Positions 51,001-58,905 of a stretch of 64,000 nucleotides of DNA are shown piece by piece. The translations under genes and the position numbers were made by a program. The notes under the pieces were generated by a model, which worked only from the letters and a program-made list of their open reading frames with translations, was not told the DNA's origin and ran no database searches. The DNA comes from Candidatus Latescibacterota bacterium (GTDB lineage: Bacteria; Krumholzibacteriota; Krumholzibacteriia; WVZY01). Position 1 is the first letter of the stretch, and every line of letters begins with the position of its first letter. The stretch lies in NCBI GenBank assembly GCA_963791045.1, contig CAWBQK010000013.1, forward strand, positions 224,001 to 288,000. Reading direction: 5' to 3'.

Positions 51001-51671
51001 GTATTGTAAACGGTTTGTACACGGACCCAGATGGATCGCGCGGGGATCTGGGAGTCTACGGCTCGCACACATTCCAGATGGAACAGCCTGCCTTCACCAA
51101 CAACCTGGCGGCTGACGTGGAGGGGGCAAACGTGGTTCTCGAATGGGACAAAAATCCCGAGAGCGACATCGCCAATTATGCCGTTTATTGCGACACCATC
51201 GGAGGCTTCACCCCTTCAGAGTTGAATTTTGTCGCGCTCGTCTCGGGATCCGACTCGACAACAACACTCGACCTTCCCGCGGATTCCTCGTACTATGTTG
51301 TCTCCGCCGTCGACACCGGCGGCTACGCGGGCGGTTACTCGGCGGCGGCATCGATTTCGCCTGCCACGGGTATCGGAGATCGTGTCACGCGCTATGAATA
51401 CAAGCTGGGACAGAACGTACCCAACCCGTTCAATCCGGTGACAACCATCGCCTATCAGCTTCCCGCAAGAACCAACGTCGAGTTGAATGTTTACGATGTC
51501 AACGGCCGCCTGGTGCGGCGGTTGGTATCGCAGTCACAGGGAGCGGGATCCTACTCGATCACATGGGCGGGAAAAAACGATTACGGAGAACCCGTGGCTT
51601 CCGGTGTCTATTTTTACCGTCTCAATACGGGCAGCTTTGTCAAAACACGAAAAATGGTTCTTTTGAAATAG
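48057..51671 (+). CDS. Large secreted zinc metalloprotease (metzincin) with Ig, parallel beta-helix, FN3-like and C-terminal FlgD-Ig/sorting domains
   Basis: Signal peptide; HETGHIFGACDE plus CMM Met-turn; GGA(V/L)/FxxN repeats; SPAIDAG; QNVPNPFNP...KMVLLK. Confidence 0.85.
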   Translation: MTTLLRLGFAIAIIVTVLSPYSVRAVEPGTNDLGFLEGISLIELETDDIASMHVARRLIQSYGGTVAIMSPPSLLVGVIPYEIRDQLIGKTGIKDIYHTEVLPGEVQTNDSRSEAMVGFFNAAVRGELAADRDRFIQSVTADGPREQREPDLFSADDIDPRAYLDNLLANGLDAKKLEEEGLPLNPTTMATAGNSDYMTGTVALTLFFVESDGTGSDPDQYTWTPEHMQNYINGVGTALYWWSSRAAQHGDCWVTFLINYYSGADERCQQWVEPILHTTEYEETWINEIMSNFGYTSGTRFSRVSAFNTWQRSYYNTDRSYSAFIPYNPAPAAASFPGGGTAYAYWYGPHTVLLYHVQGWTTAEVFAHETGHIFGACDEYAGGCSSPTYVCANGVINGNCEVGNPDSRDCMMKENSFSVCTYTVSHLGWEINNPCAPAEPPLLPTVTLSTVDPPSGFHGVDTSITLFGSNFYPGIRLEMGDDIFVHGIDIINDHTLIAHTTVLASAPPGLRNARVFNRDGQFATLTDVFEVLPTTRHYYSPTGGDGPPYLSPANAATSFEDAIAATYDGDTLFVVTMTFDDFSLIVNHGVVFHGGWNNDFSARDLETGKTLVNLNAINGNITFTGASQNAGFDGFTIQNGTGVYDFFPFGAYFGGAVRFVGGSAVIANCEISSSAAGGPMNYGLGGAVFADGCQVDIRDSYIHDNAATQGGALYLRGCTGTVSGNTISGNSLFASPETLVGGGVAIVDSPEMILTDNVFSSNTSAAEGGGLYVENCPNLTMTGGSLSANEASFAGGGVRLKKTTAVIDGVEFNGNTSAGLGGGLAAIDSTNATLSTSTFVSNSAAVGGGAYATAGSFFVTHNLFTGNASASTGGALVVSVTNSGTVIGNTLNANSASGVGGLLVGGDVEIFNNIVTNNTGLGVSSTSGQPPVLSHNLTWNNSGGDYSNCTPGDGSISADPIFVDPAGGDYHLALHSPAIDAGIVNGLYTDPDGSRGDLGVYGSHTFQMEQPAFTNNLAADVEGANVVLEWDKNPESDIANYAVYCDTIGGFTPSELNFVALVSGSDSTTTLDLPADSSYYVVSAVDTGGYAGGYSAAASISPATGIGDRVTRYEYKLGQNVPNPFNPVTTIAYQLPARTNVELNVYDVNGRLVRRLVSQSQGAGSYSITWAGKNDYGEPVASGVYFYRLNTGSFVKTRKMVLLK

Positions 51672-51701
51672 CCTTCGGCCTGATCGAACAAGCACGCCCC
51701 A

Positions 51702-52148
51702 ATGGGAGCTTTCGCAATCATGTTGCTTTTGCTTCACACCGCCGCAACGTGGATGATGGTCGGCGTCATCTGGTTTGTCCAAATCATCCATTACCCTCTT
51801 TTCAACAAGATCGGCGAGGGAGCCTTTCCCGAATACCACAAGTTGCACATGAACTTGACCATGCGCGTGATTACCCTACCGTCCGTGGTCGAAGGAATCA
51901 CCGGGGTACTCATTGCCCTGAACCGGCCGGAAGGCGTTACATCAGCGCAGATATGGATGGGTCTGGCGCTGCTCGCCGTCATCTGGACTGCCACTTTTCT
52001 CATGCAGGTCCCAAAACATTTTGCGCTGTCGAAAAAATACGACACGCGGCTCTACCGTTCGCTCGTCGGCTCCAACTGGATAAGAACCGTGGCGTGGAGC
52101 CTGCGCGGCGCGCTCACCTTGTGGATGATTTCGGGAACAATGAATTGA
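51702..52148 (+). CDS. Conserved-looking 4-TM membrane protein
   Basis: GVIWFVQIIHYPLF, QVPKH..L, NWIRT..W. Confidence 0.75.
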   Translation: MGAFAIMLLLLHTAATWMMVGVIWFVQIIHYPLFNKIGEGAFPEYHKLHMNLTMRVITLPSVVEGITGVLIALNRPEGVTSAQIWMGLALLAVIWTATFLMQVPKHFALSKKYDTRLYRSLVGSNWIRTVAWSLRGALTLWMISGTMN

Positions 52149-52160
52149 TGGGAGCGGGGA

Positions 52161-52562
52161 TCAGCCGAGCGAGGCTATGACGTCGCGGAGGTCTCCCTCC
52201 AGGGGAAGCGCCTTGTTCGTCTTCGCATCAACAACAACGAAGGTGACTTCCGCGTCCGCGACGACATCGTCGGTATCGGCAAAATGAATTTCCTGGCGGA
52301 CCGTCGCGCTTTTTTCGCCCAGCCTCGACAGCGCGCATCTCACCTCGAGAAGATCACCGAGCATAGCGGCACGGCGGTAGTTGATCGTTATGTTTACGAT
52401 AGTAAACGCCAGGCCGCGCTCGAGCCACGCACCGATATCGATTTTCTCTTCGATGAGTTCCCACCGCGCGTCCTCAAGAAACTCTAAATACCGCGCATTG
52501 TTGACATGGCCATATACATCGAGATGATAGCCGCGAACCTTTATGCGTGTGTTATATGTCAT
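52161..52562 (-). CDS. Acyl-CoA thioesterase (YbgC/FadM hotdog family)
   Basis: VRGYHLDVYGHVNNARYLEFLEDARW. Confidence 0.9.
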   Translation of the reverse strand: MTYNTRIKVRGYHLDVYGHVNNARYLEFLEDARWELIEEKIDIGAWLERGLAFTIVNITINYRRAAMLGDLLEVRCALSRLGEKSATVRQEIHFADTDDVVADAEVTFVVVDAKTNKALPLEGDLRDVIASLG

Positions 52563-52604
52563 CGATTTTACCCGGCGCAAGAAATGATAAAAGTCTTGTT
52601 CAAA

Positions 52605-52646
52605 TCAAAGACCCGGAAACGGGACCTCGCCGGCCCCGCCCCGGGT
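52605..52646 (-). terminator. Probable terminator of the cit-like operon
   Basis: Minus-strand hairpin ACCCGGGGCGGGGCC-GGCGA-GGTCCCGTTTCCGGGT followed by CTTTGATTT, 35 bp after the citF stop. Confidence 0.6.
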
Positions 52647-52681
52647 ATTTGACTTCATCAGTCGAAGAACATCTCAATCGA

Positions 52682-54247
52682 TTACTCTTCAACCTGCCAC
52701 ACGGTATCGATAACCGTTCCATCAACCCACTTAATGACGGCGATCGGCTTATCGGTTACCGGCGGTTCCTCCGGCTTGCCGCCGATGATTCCTTCGATCT
52801 CGTCTTTGAGATCACGGATACGGCGAATCGGGAGACTCGTGTTCTTAACCGCTTTGAGCAAATCCTTCCGCCGAGGATTGATGGCGATCCCGCGCTCAGT
52901 GATCACGACATCGACGAGTTCGCCGGGGCCGGTCACCGTGGTCACCTTGTCGACGATCACCGGTATCCGGTCGCGGAAAGAAGGAATGGCGAGAATCGTA
53001 CATCCCGAGGCGAGACAGTTTTGCCAGCCGCCGATGCCGTGGAGCAGGTAGCCGTCCGAATGGGTCACGACATTGGCGTTGAAATTAACATCAACCTCGG
53101 TCGCCCCCAGAACCGCCGCGTCGACCAGACTGGCGAAGTTGCCCTTCCCGTGGAAGTTGTACGACGTAAACGGCGTCGTCGCTACGTGCGAAGGGTTTGA
53201 ACCGATCGACTCGACGGCGGCGAGATCAAACGTCTGTCCGTCGAGGATGTAATCGGTGAGCCCCTCGTTCAACATATCGACAAGATACTGTGTCGATCCG
53301 CCGCGGACAAAACGCGCCTTGACGCCGTCTTCGCGCATCATGTTTTTGAGAATCTCGACGAAGGCCAGAGCGATGCCGCCGGCACCCGCCTGGATGGAGA
53401 ACCCATCGCGCATGATCCCCGATTCCCGTATAAAACGGGCCACATATTCAGCGGTGAGAAGCCGGTCGGGACTCTTCGTGATTTGCGTCGTGCCCGATAC
53501 GATCTTCGCCGGATCGCCGATCTTATCTACTTCGACAACAAAATCCACATTGTTGCCTTGCACCTGCCACGGGATGCACGGAAAGGGGACGATGTTGTCG
53601 GTGACGACAATTACACGATCCGCATGAATCGAATCGGCGAGTGCGAAACCGATCGAGCCGCAGGCCGAAGGCCCGTGCGATCCGTCCGAGTTGCCAAACG
53701 GATCCGCCGTCGGCGCCGCGATAACAGCGACATCGACGTGAACCTCGCCGTCCTGGATCGCCTGCCAACGGCCGCCGTGCGATCGCAGCACACCCAGGCC
53801 GCGCATCTTACCGTGCGACGCGTAGCGCCCGAGGGGGCCGTTCATACTTCCCTCGATATGATGGATCACACCGCGATCCATAAGATCTATCATCGGCTCA
53901 TGACACGGAAACGACGCGGTCGGGAACCACATCAAGTCCTTGACCCCGAGTTCGGCTGCGGCGCCGAGCGCCATGTTCGCCACCTTGTCTCCGTTGCGGA
54001 GATGGTGGTGACTCGATATCGTCATCCCGTCCTTGAGTCCGCATTTCTTGAGAGCTGTCTTGAGATCGCGAACGCGCTTGTCCCCGTTTGCCGGATAATC
54101 CCGGCACGAACGAATCGGCGCCCCATACTTGTGACCTTTGGGTTTGTACGCGCCGACTCCCAGATAGGGAACCTGCTCGCGACCGTTAACAATCTTGGGG
54201 ACTTTTCGCCCCACCTTATTCACGACAAAGTCGGATTTACCGCTCAT
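52682..54247 (-). CDS. citF: Citrate lyase alpha subunit / citrate CoA-transferase-like
   Basis: GLKDGMTISSHHHLRNGD, RSHGGR, QAGAGG, DGQTFD, LGATEVDVNFNANV, GIGG, VITERGIAINP. Confidence 0.9.
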   Translation of the reverse strand: MSGKSDFVVNKVGRKVPKIVNGREQVPYLGVGAYKPKGHKYGAPIRSCRDYPANGDKRVRDLKTALKKCGLKDGMTISSHHHLRNGDKVANMALGAAAELGVKDLMWFPTASFPCHEPMIDLMDRGVIHHIEGSMNGPLGRYASHGKMRGLGVLRSHGGRWQAIQDGEVHVDVAVIAAPTADPFGNSDGSHGPSACGSIGFALADSIHADRVIVVTDNIVPFPCIPWQVQGNNVDFVVEVDKIGDPAKIVSGTTQITKSPDRLLTAEYVARFIRESGIMRDGFSIQAGAGGIALAFVEILKNMMREDGVKARFVRGGSTQYLVDMLNEGLTDYILDGQTFDLAAVESIGSNPSHVATTPFTSYNFHGKGNFASLVDAAVLGATEVDVNFNANVVTHSDGYLLHGIGGWQNCLASGCTILAIPSFRDRIPVIVDKVTTVTGPGELVDVVITERGIAINPRRKDLLKAVKNTSLPIRRIRDLKDEIEGIIGGKPEEPPVTDKPIAVIKWVDGTVIDTVWQVEE

Positions 54248-54284
54248 TGTCTGCCTCCACGATCAGTCGTTTTGTTTGCGTATC

Positions 54285-55544
54285 TTACTTTTTTGAAATC
54301 AACCCCGCGCGTTTCGCCGTTTCCACGAGCCGTTGTGCCCGCAGCACGACCGGCGGGTCGACCATCTTCGTCCCCAGGCTGACGACGCTTAAGCCTTTCT
54401 TCTTTGCGGCATCGAAAGCGGCAACGATCTTGAGCGCCTTTTCGATTTCTTCGGGTCCGGGGGCGAACGCCTCGTGAATCACCCGGATCTGACGGGGGTG
54501 AATACACCCCATTCCTTCGAATCCAAGACCGCGGGCGCGAACACCCCACGCTTTGAGACCGTCCGAGTCGCCCACATCCCCGTAGACCGAATCGATCGCC
54601 TGCACGCCGGCGGCACGCGCCGCGTTGGCCAGGCGGACACGCGCGAACTGCGATTCGTCTCCCTCCCTGGTCTTGCGAACGCCCATGTCGGCGGTATAAT
54701 CCTCGAGCCCGATGGTCAGAGCCACCACGGTATCGGCCGCGCCCGCTATCGCAAACGCGTTCTCGACACCAAGCGCTGACTCGATGATCGGCATCAACCA
54801 CACCGGCGATTTGATTTTGTGCTGCCCTTGGATCTTTTTGATCCGCTTGTCGACGTCGGCCACTTGTTCGGCGGTTTCGACCTTCGGGATCAACACCAGG
54901 TCCGGCGACTCCGGAATGATTTCGTCGAGATCATCGAGTCCCATGGGAAGCTGGTTTATCCGGACCATCCGTTCGGCGCCGAGAAAATCGATGCATCGAA
55001 GTCCGTTTCTGACCAGAATCCGGGCCGAGTCTTTCTCGCCGGGATGAACCGAATCCTCGAGATCGAGAATCACGGCGTCGGGTCTATGAATTCCCGCATT
55101 TATCGCGAATTTGGGTTCGTTACCGGGAAGATAGAGCCTCGACCTGCGCAGCCGGTCGCTTGCCGTCGGTCCCGACTGCTTGATCTTCCGCCCGATCGGT
55201 GTGCGTCCCTTGCACCCGGCGCGCCTTAGCGCCGTCTCAACTCTCGCGCCAATAACGAACGGCAGCCCTCCCTTGTCTTCGACTTCAACCCTGGCGTTCT
55301 TGACACCGTAACCGGCGAGAACCTTCTTTACCGTCTCGCGGATCGACTTGCCAAAAAACGCCTCGACCTTCGAACGGAGCTTGAGTTCCACGCCTCCTTT
55401 GTCCGACAATGTCACCGATACAAAGAGATCGGACTTTACATCGTCTCCGCGGCGGCCGGCCTCGCCTTTCTTCGGCGCGGGCCGCTTCGCCCGCGCGCCC
55501 GCGCGTCCCCGTGCTTTCACGGTTTTCTTCTTTGCTTTGGGCAT
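54285..55544 (-). CDS. citE: Fused citrate lyase ACP-like (CitD) and citryl-CoA lyase-like (CitE) protein with a basic N-terminal tail
   Basis: CitD-like SKVEAFFGKSI..DKGGLPFVI.AR.ETA; CitE RRSRLYLPGN, LDLEDSV, VRIN, PK, IES, GLEDY, DSV, IHPRQI, KMVDPP. Confidence 0.88.
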   Translation of the reverse strand: MPKAKKKTVKARGRAGARAKRPAPKKGEAGRRGDDVKSDLFVSVTLSDKGGVELKLRSKVEAFFGKSIRETVKKVLAGYGVKNARVEVEDKGGLPFVIGARVETALRRAGCKGRTPIGRKIKQSGPTASDRLRRSRLYLPGNEPKFAINAGIHRPDAVILDLEDSVHPGEKDSARILVRNGLRCIDFLGAERMVRINQLPMGLDDLDEIIPESPDLVLIPKVETAEQVADVDKRIKKIQGQHKIKSPVWLMPIIESALGVENAFAIAGAADTVVALTIGLEDYTADMGVRKTREGDESQFARVRLANAARAAGVQAIDSVYGDVGDSDGLKAWGVRARGLGFEGMGCIHPRQIRVIHEAFAPGPEEIEKALKIVAAFDAAKKKGLSVVSLGTKMVDPPVVLRAQRLVETAKRAGLISKK

Positions 55545-55569
55545 TTCCCTTCCTCTTTTCCGCGTAAAC

Positions 55570-56751
55570 CTAGAGCTTCGAAATAATCGCGTCGGTCATC
55601 TGTATCGCCGTCGCCGCACCCTTAGAAATAGCGTCGGGCCCACCCGCGAGTTTCATCATATCGTACGGGCGAACCTTGCCTTCCTTGACAACCGCGGCAA
55701 CCGCGTCGCGCATCCGCTTCGCCTTGTCGCCTTCGCCCACATGATCGACGAGCATCGCCGCGCTCAACACCATCGCGATCGGGTTGACGATCGGCGGATC
55801 GAGGTTTTCATATTTTGGCGCCGAGCCGTGCGTGGGCTCGAATACGGCGACTTCGTCGCCTATATTTCCCGAGCAGGCAAACCCGAGACCGCCGACAAGA
55901 CCGGCGAACGCATCGGAAACGATGTCGCCAAAGAGATTGCCCGCGACGACCACGCCGTAGATTTCCGGATTCTTGGTCAGCCACATCATCTGCGCATCAA
56001 TATTGGTCGACCACAGTTCGATATCAGGATACTTCTCCTTCACGCTGGCCGCCACGTCTTCGAGCATTCCCGAAGTCTCACGAAGCACGTTCGGCTTTTC
56101 GCAAACGGTGACCGATGGGTACCCGTGTTTCTTCGCGTAGGCGAAAGCGGCCTCCATGATTCGCGTGCACGCATTGCGCGTAAACATGCGGACAGACACC
56201 GCCAAATCTTCGCCTTTGACATCCGCAAACGGTTTGTATTTTGGATGGGTCCCGAAACCCTTCCGCACCTCTTCGGGCGGATTTGTCCATTCCAGGCCGC
56301 AGTAGAGCCCCTCCGTGTTCTGACGGAAGATCACCGCGTCGACTTTCGGCTCTTCGAAGCCACCGTCGGCGGTCTGGCGGATAAAGTTGAGTGGATTGCC
56401 GGGGAACGACCGGCAGGGACGGATACAAACATCGAGATTGAATTTCTGCCGCATCCCGACGATCGGGCTGAAGTAGACGTATCCCTTGTCACGAAGCTCT
56501 GGGCTGAGCTCTTCGGCGGCCTTGTTTTTCGGCTTCGAAGTGATCGCGCCGAACAACCCCAGCTTGTGTTCTTTCAAGAGCTTGAGGGTTCTGTCGGGGA
56601 GCGGATTTCCCTCTTTGATCCAGAAGTCCCAACCAATATCCGCATGAACGTAATCCGCCTCAAACCCAACCGCCTCCAACACCCGTACGGACTCCGGAAG
56701 AACCACTTTGCCGATACCGTCACCGGGCATCGTTACTACTGTACGCTTCAT
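55570..56751 (-). CDS. Isocitrate/isopropylmalate-family decarboxylating dehydrogenase, homoisocitrate dehydrogenase-like
   Basis: PGDGIG, LFGAITS, YFSPIVGMRQ, RQNTEGLY, KPNV, NLFGDIVSD, FEPTHGSAP. Confidence 0.88.
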   Translation of the reverse strand: MKRTVVTMPGDGIGKVVLPESVRVLEAVGFEADYVHADIGWDFWIKEGNPLPDRTLKLLKEHKLGLFGAITSKPKNKAAEELSPELRDKGYVYFSPIVGMRQKFNLDVCIRPCRSFPGNPLNFIRQTADGGFEEPKVDAVIFRQNTEGLYCGLEWTNPPEEVRKGFGTHPKYKPFADVKGEDLAVSVRMFTRNACTRIMEAAFAYAKKHGYPSVTVCEKPNVLRETSGMLEDVAASVKEKYPDIELWSTNIDAQMMWLTKNPEIYGVVVAGNLFGDIVSDAFAGLVGGLGFACSGNIGDEVAVFEPTHGSAPKYENLDPPIVNPIAMVLSAAMLVDHVGEGDKAKRMRDAVAAVVKEGKVRPYDMMKLAGGPDAISKGAATAIQMTDAIISKL

Positions 56752-56793
56752 AATCGTTACATCCCCCTTCACAAATGTTTGTTTTTGAAATCG

Positions 56794-58743
56794 CTACGAG
56801 AGACCGAGTCGTTTGCGAACGAGATTCTCGATGCCTCCCGCGATCACCAGCGACTGAGGAACCGAACCCAGCGGCGGGAAACCGAACGTTTCGCCTCGGT
56901 GGGTCAATGTTCCGCGTGAAAAATCGATGACCAGCTCGTCGCCGGGAATAATCGTCGGCTTGCCCGATTCGATGTCACTCGCGAGTTCTTCGCGGAGCCG
57001 TTGGACGAGTTCCGGACATTCGATACACACAAATCCGTTGTTGTAAGCGTTTCGCAAATACGTCTGCGAAAAGCTTCCAGCTATAACAAGTGCGATGCCC
57101 TTCGCCTGAAAGGCAGTCGCCGCCTGCTCGCGACTCGATCCCGTTCCGAAATTGTTCCCTCCGACGAGCACATCGCCCTCGAATGTGTTTTTCGAAAACT
57201 CGGGATCGTAGTTCTCCATCAGGACACGCGACATTTCCTCGCGTGTCATTCCCTCTTTGTAGGTATAGTCCTTGCCGTAGATCCCATCGGTGTTGAGATT
57301 GTCCTGCGGGACAAATACGAGACGTCCCTGGATCTTCTCGGGGAACCCCGATTGAATCTCCACGCTCTCACCACCGGCGCCGGGGCCGGATTCGATTACA
57401 GAGAACTGTTTGTCGGGACTGCGCCCGTCGACGACATCGGGGCCGGTGATAAAACCGGCGATGGCCGACGCGGCAACTACTTGTGGACTCGCCAGATACG
57501 CCTGCGCGTCGCGCGACCCCATTCGACCTTTGAAGTTCCTGTTCGTCGCCGAGATCCCTACCTCTCCGGGCTCGAGAAGCCCGGTCCCAAGACCGATGCA
57601 CGGTCCGCATCCGGGGGGAAGCGGACGCGCGCCCGCCTCCAGGAGCGTCCCCCATACACCGCTGGCTTCCGCGGCATCCTGGATTTCCCGGCTGGCTGCG
57701 GCAACGTAGAACTCGACACCGTCCGCGATTTTTTTGTCTTTCAACACGGCCGCGGCGACTTCAAGATCGTTGTACCGGCTGTTCACGCACGAGACAAGGT
57801 ACGCTTTGCGAATCGCAATTTTCTCTTTTTCGATATCGAAAACCGATCGCATCACCTGGACCGAATCGGGCCCCGATACATGCGGACTAACATCTTCCAA
57901 GTTCACTTCAATCCGGGCCGCGTAGTTCGCGTCACCGTCCGGCGACGGCGGGCTGGTCTCCCAGTTTGCAATGTCACCTTCGGTAAACCGCTCAACACCC
58001 TGGGCGCTGAGCACGGCATGCCGTTCTTTGAGATATCGGATCGTAACGTCGTCGACCGGGAACCATCCAACAAGCGCTCCCCACTCGGTCGTCATGTTTG
58101 AAATGGCCATCCGCTCATCCATGCTCAAACCCGCGACGCCGAGCCCCGTGAACTCCACCGCGGCGTTAAGCACCTCGCCCTTGTTGTAAAGACCGCAGAG
58201 CGTGACGATGACATCCTTGCCCGTGACGCCTTCGCGAAGTTTGCCGCTGAAAACAACTTCAATCGTGCGCGGAATCTGCCACCAGAACTCGCCGGTGGCC
58301 CAAATCGCGGCCGCATCGGTCCTGACGACCGGCGTCCCAAGCGCGCCGAGCGCCCCGTACATGTTCGAATGCGAGTCCGACCCCACGACCAGCGAGCCGG
58401 GAACGACATAGCCGTTTGCGACCATGATCTGGTGCCCGATCCCCGTCCCGGCGGGATAGTGATCAACACCCTGCTCGGCGGCAAATTCGGCGATAGCCTT
58501 GTACTTCGCCAGGTTGGCCTCGGATGTATTCTGGATATCGTGATCGAGCGGAAAAACCGGCTGCCGCGGGTCGTGGATTTTCGCGGCGCCGATCGCCTTG
58601 AACTTGTTCATAACCGCCGCGGTGTTATCGTGCGTCATGACGTGCCGCGGACGCAACGACACGACGTCGCCGACACGCACCGGCCGGTCGGGCCCCTCGG
58701 TCATGTGCGCCTGGACAATTTTTTCGACAATGGTCTGCCCCAT
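56794..58743 (-). CDS. lysF: Single-chain homoaconitase (fungal Lys4/LysF-like aconitase family)
   Basis: GQTIVEKIVQ, MTHDN, DHD, GIGHQ, DSHSNMYG, SCVNSR, PGCGPCIG, NLNTDGIY, NFGTGSSREQA. Confidence 0.82.
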   Translation of the reverse strand: MGQTIVEKIVQAHMTEGPDRPVRVGDVVSLRPRHVMTHDNTAAVMNKFKAIGAAKIHDPRQPVFPLDHDIQNTSEANLAKYKAIAEFAAEQGVDHYPAGTGIGHQIMVANGYVVPGSLVVGSDSHSNMYGALGALGTPVVRTDAAAIWATGEFWWQIPRTIEVVFSGKLREGVTGKDVIVTLCGLYNKGEVLNAAVEFTGLGVAGLSMDERMAISNMTTEWGALVGWFPVDDVTIRYLKERHAVLSAQGVERFTEGDIANWETSPPSPDGDANYAARIEVNLEDVSPHVSGPDSVQVMRSVFDIEKEKIAIRKAYLVSCVNSRYNDLEVAAAVLKDKKIADGVEFYVAAASREIQDAAEASGVWGTLLEAGARPLPPGCGPCIGLGTGLLEPGEVGISATNRNFKGRMGSRDAQAYLASPQVVAASAIAGFITGPDVVDGRSPDKQFSVIESGPGAGGESVEIQSGFPEKIQGRLVFVPQDNLNTDGIYGKDYTYKEGMTREEMSRVLMENYDPEFSKNTFEGDVLVGGNNFGTGSSREQAATAFQAKGIALVIAGSFSQTYLRNAYNNGFVCIECPELVQRLREELASDIESGKPTIIPGDELVIDFSRGTLTHRGETFGFPPLGSVPQSLVIAGGIENLVRKRLGLS

Positions 58744-58796
58744 TATCATCCTCCCATGTGTACTCGTGCAGATGGCACAAAATCGTGTACGTCACG

Positions 58797-58892
58797 GCAC
58801 CGAGTGGACAAAGGTTTTTGGTGAATCCGCAGGACGCTAATATTCAAATGCGTCCGAGGACCTGAACAAAAAAACCTTCGTCCACTCGGTGC
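58797..58892. repeat. Long intergenic inverted repeat with nested hairpin
   Basis: 23-bp arms GCACCGAGTGGAC(A/G)AAGGTTTTT at 58797-58819 and 58870-58892; inner GGACGC/GCGTCC stem. Confidence 0.9.
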
Positions 58893-58905
58893 GTATCCTT
58901 CTCCG

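Noticed and set aside
52161-52562. Thioesterase as the last gene of the cit-like operon
   Set aside because: A terminator-like hairpin (52605-52646) separates it from citF; functional linkage is possible but unsupported.
47973-58101. Long antisense ORFs (e.g. 47973-49172, 55348-56919, 57001-58101)
   Set aside because: They are shadow frames of well-supported GC-rich genes on the opposite strand and have no motifs of their own.
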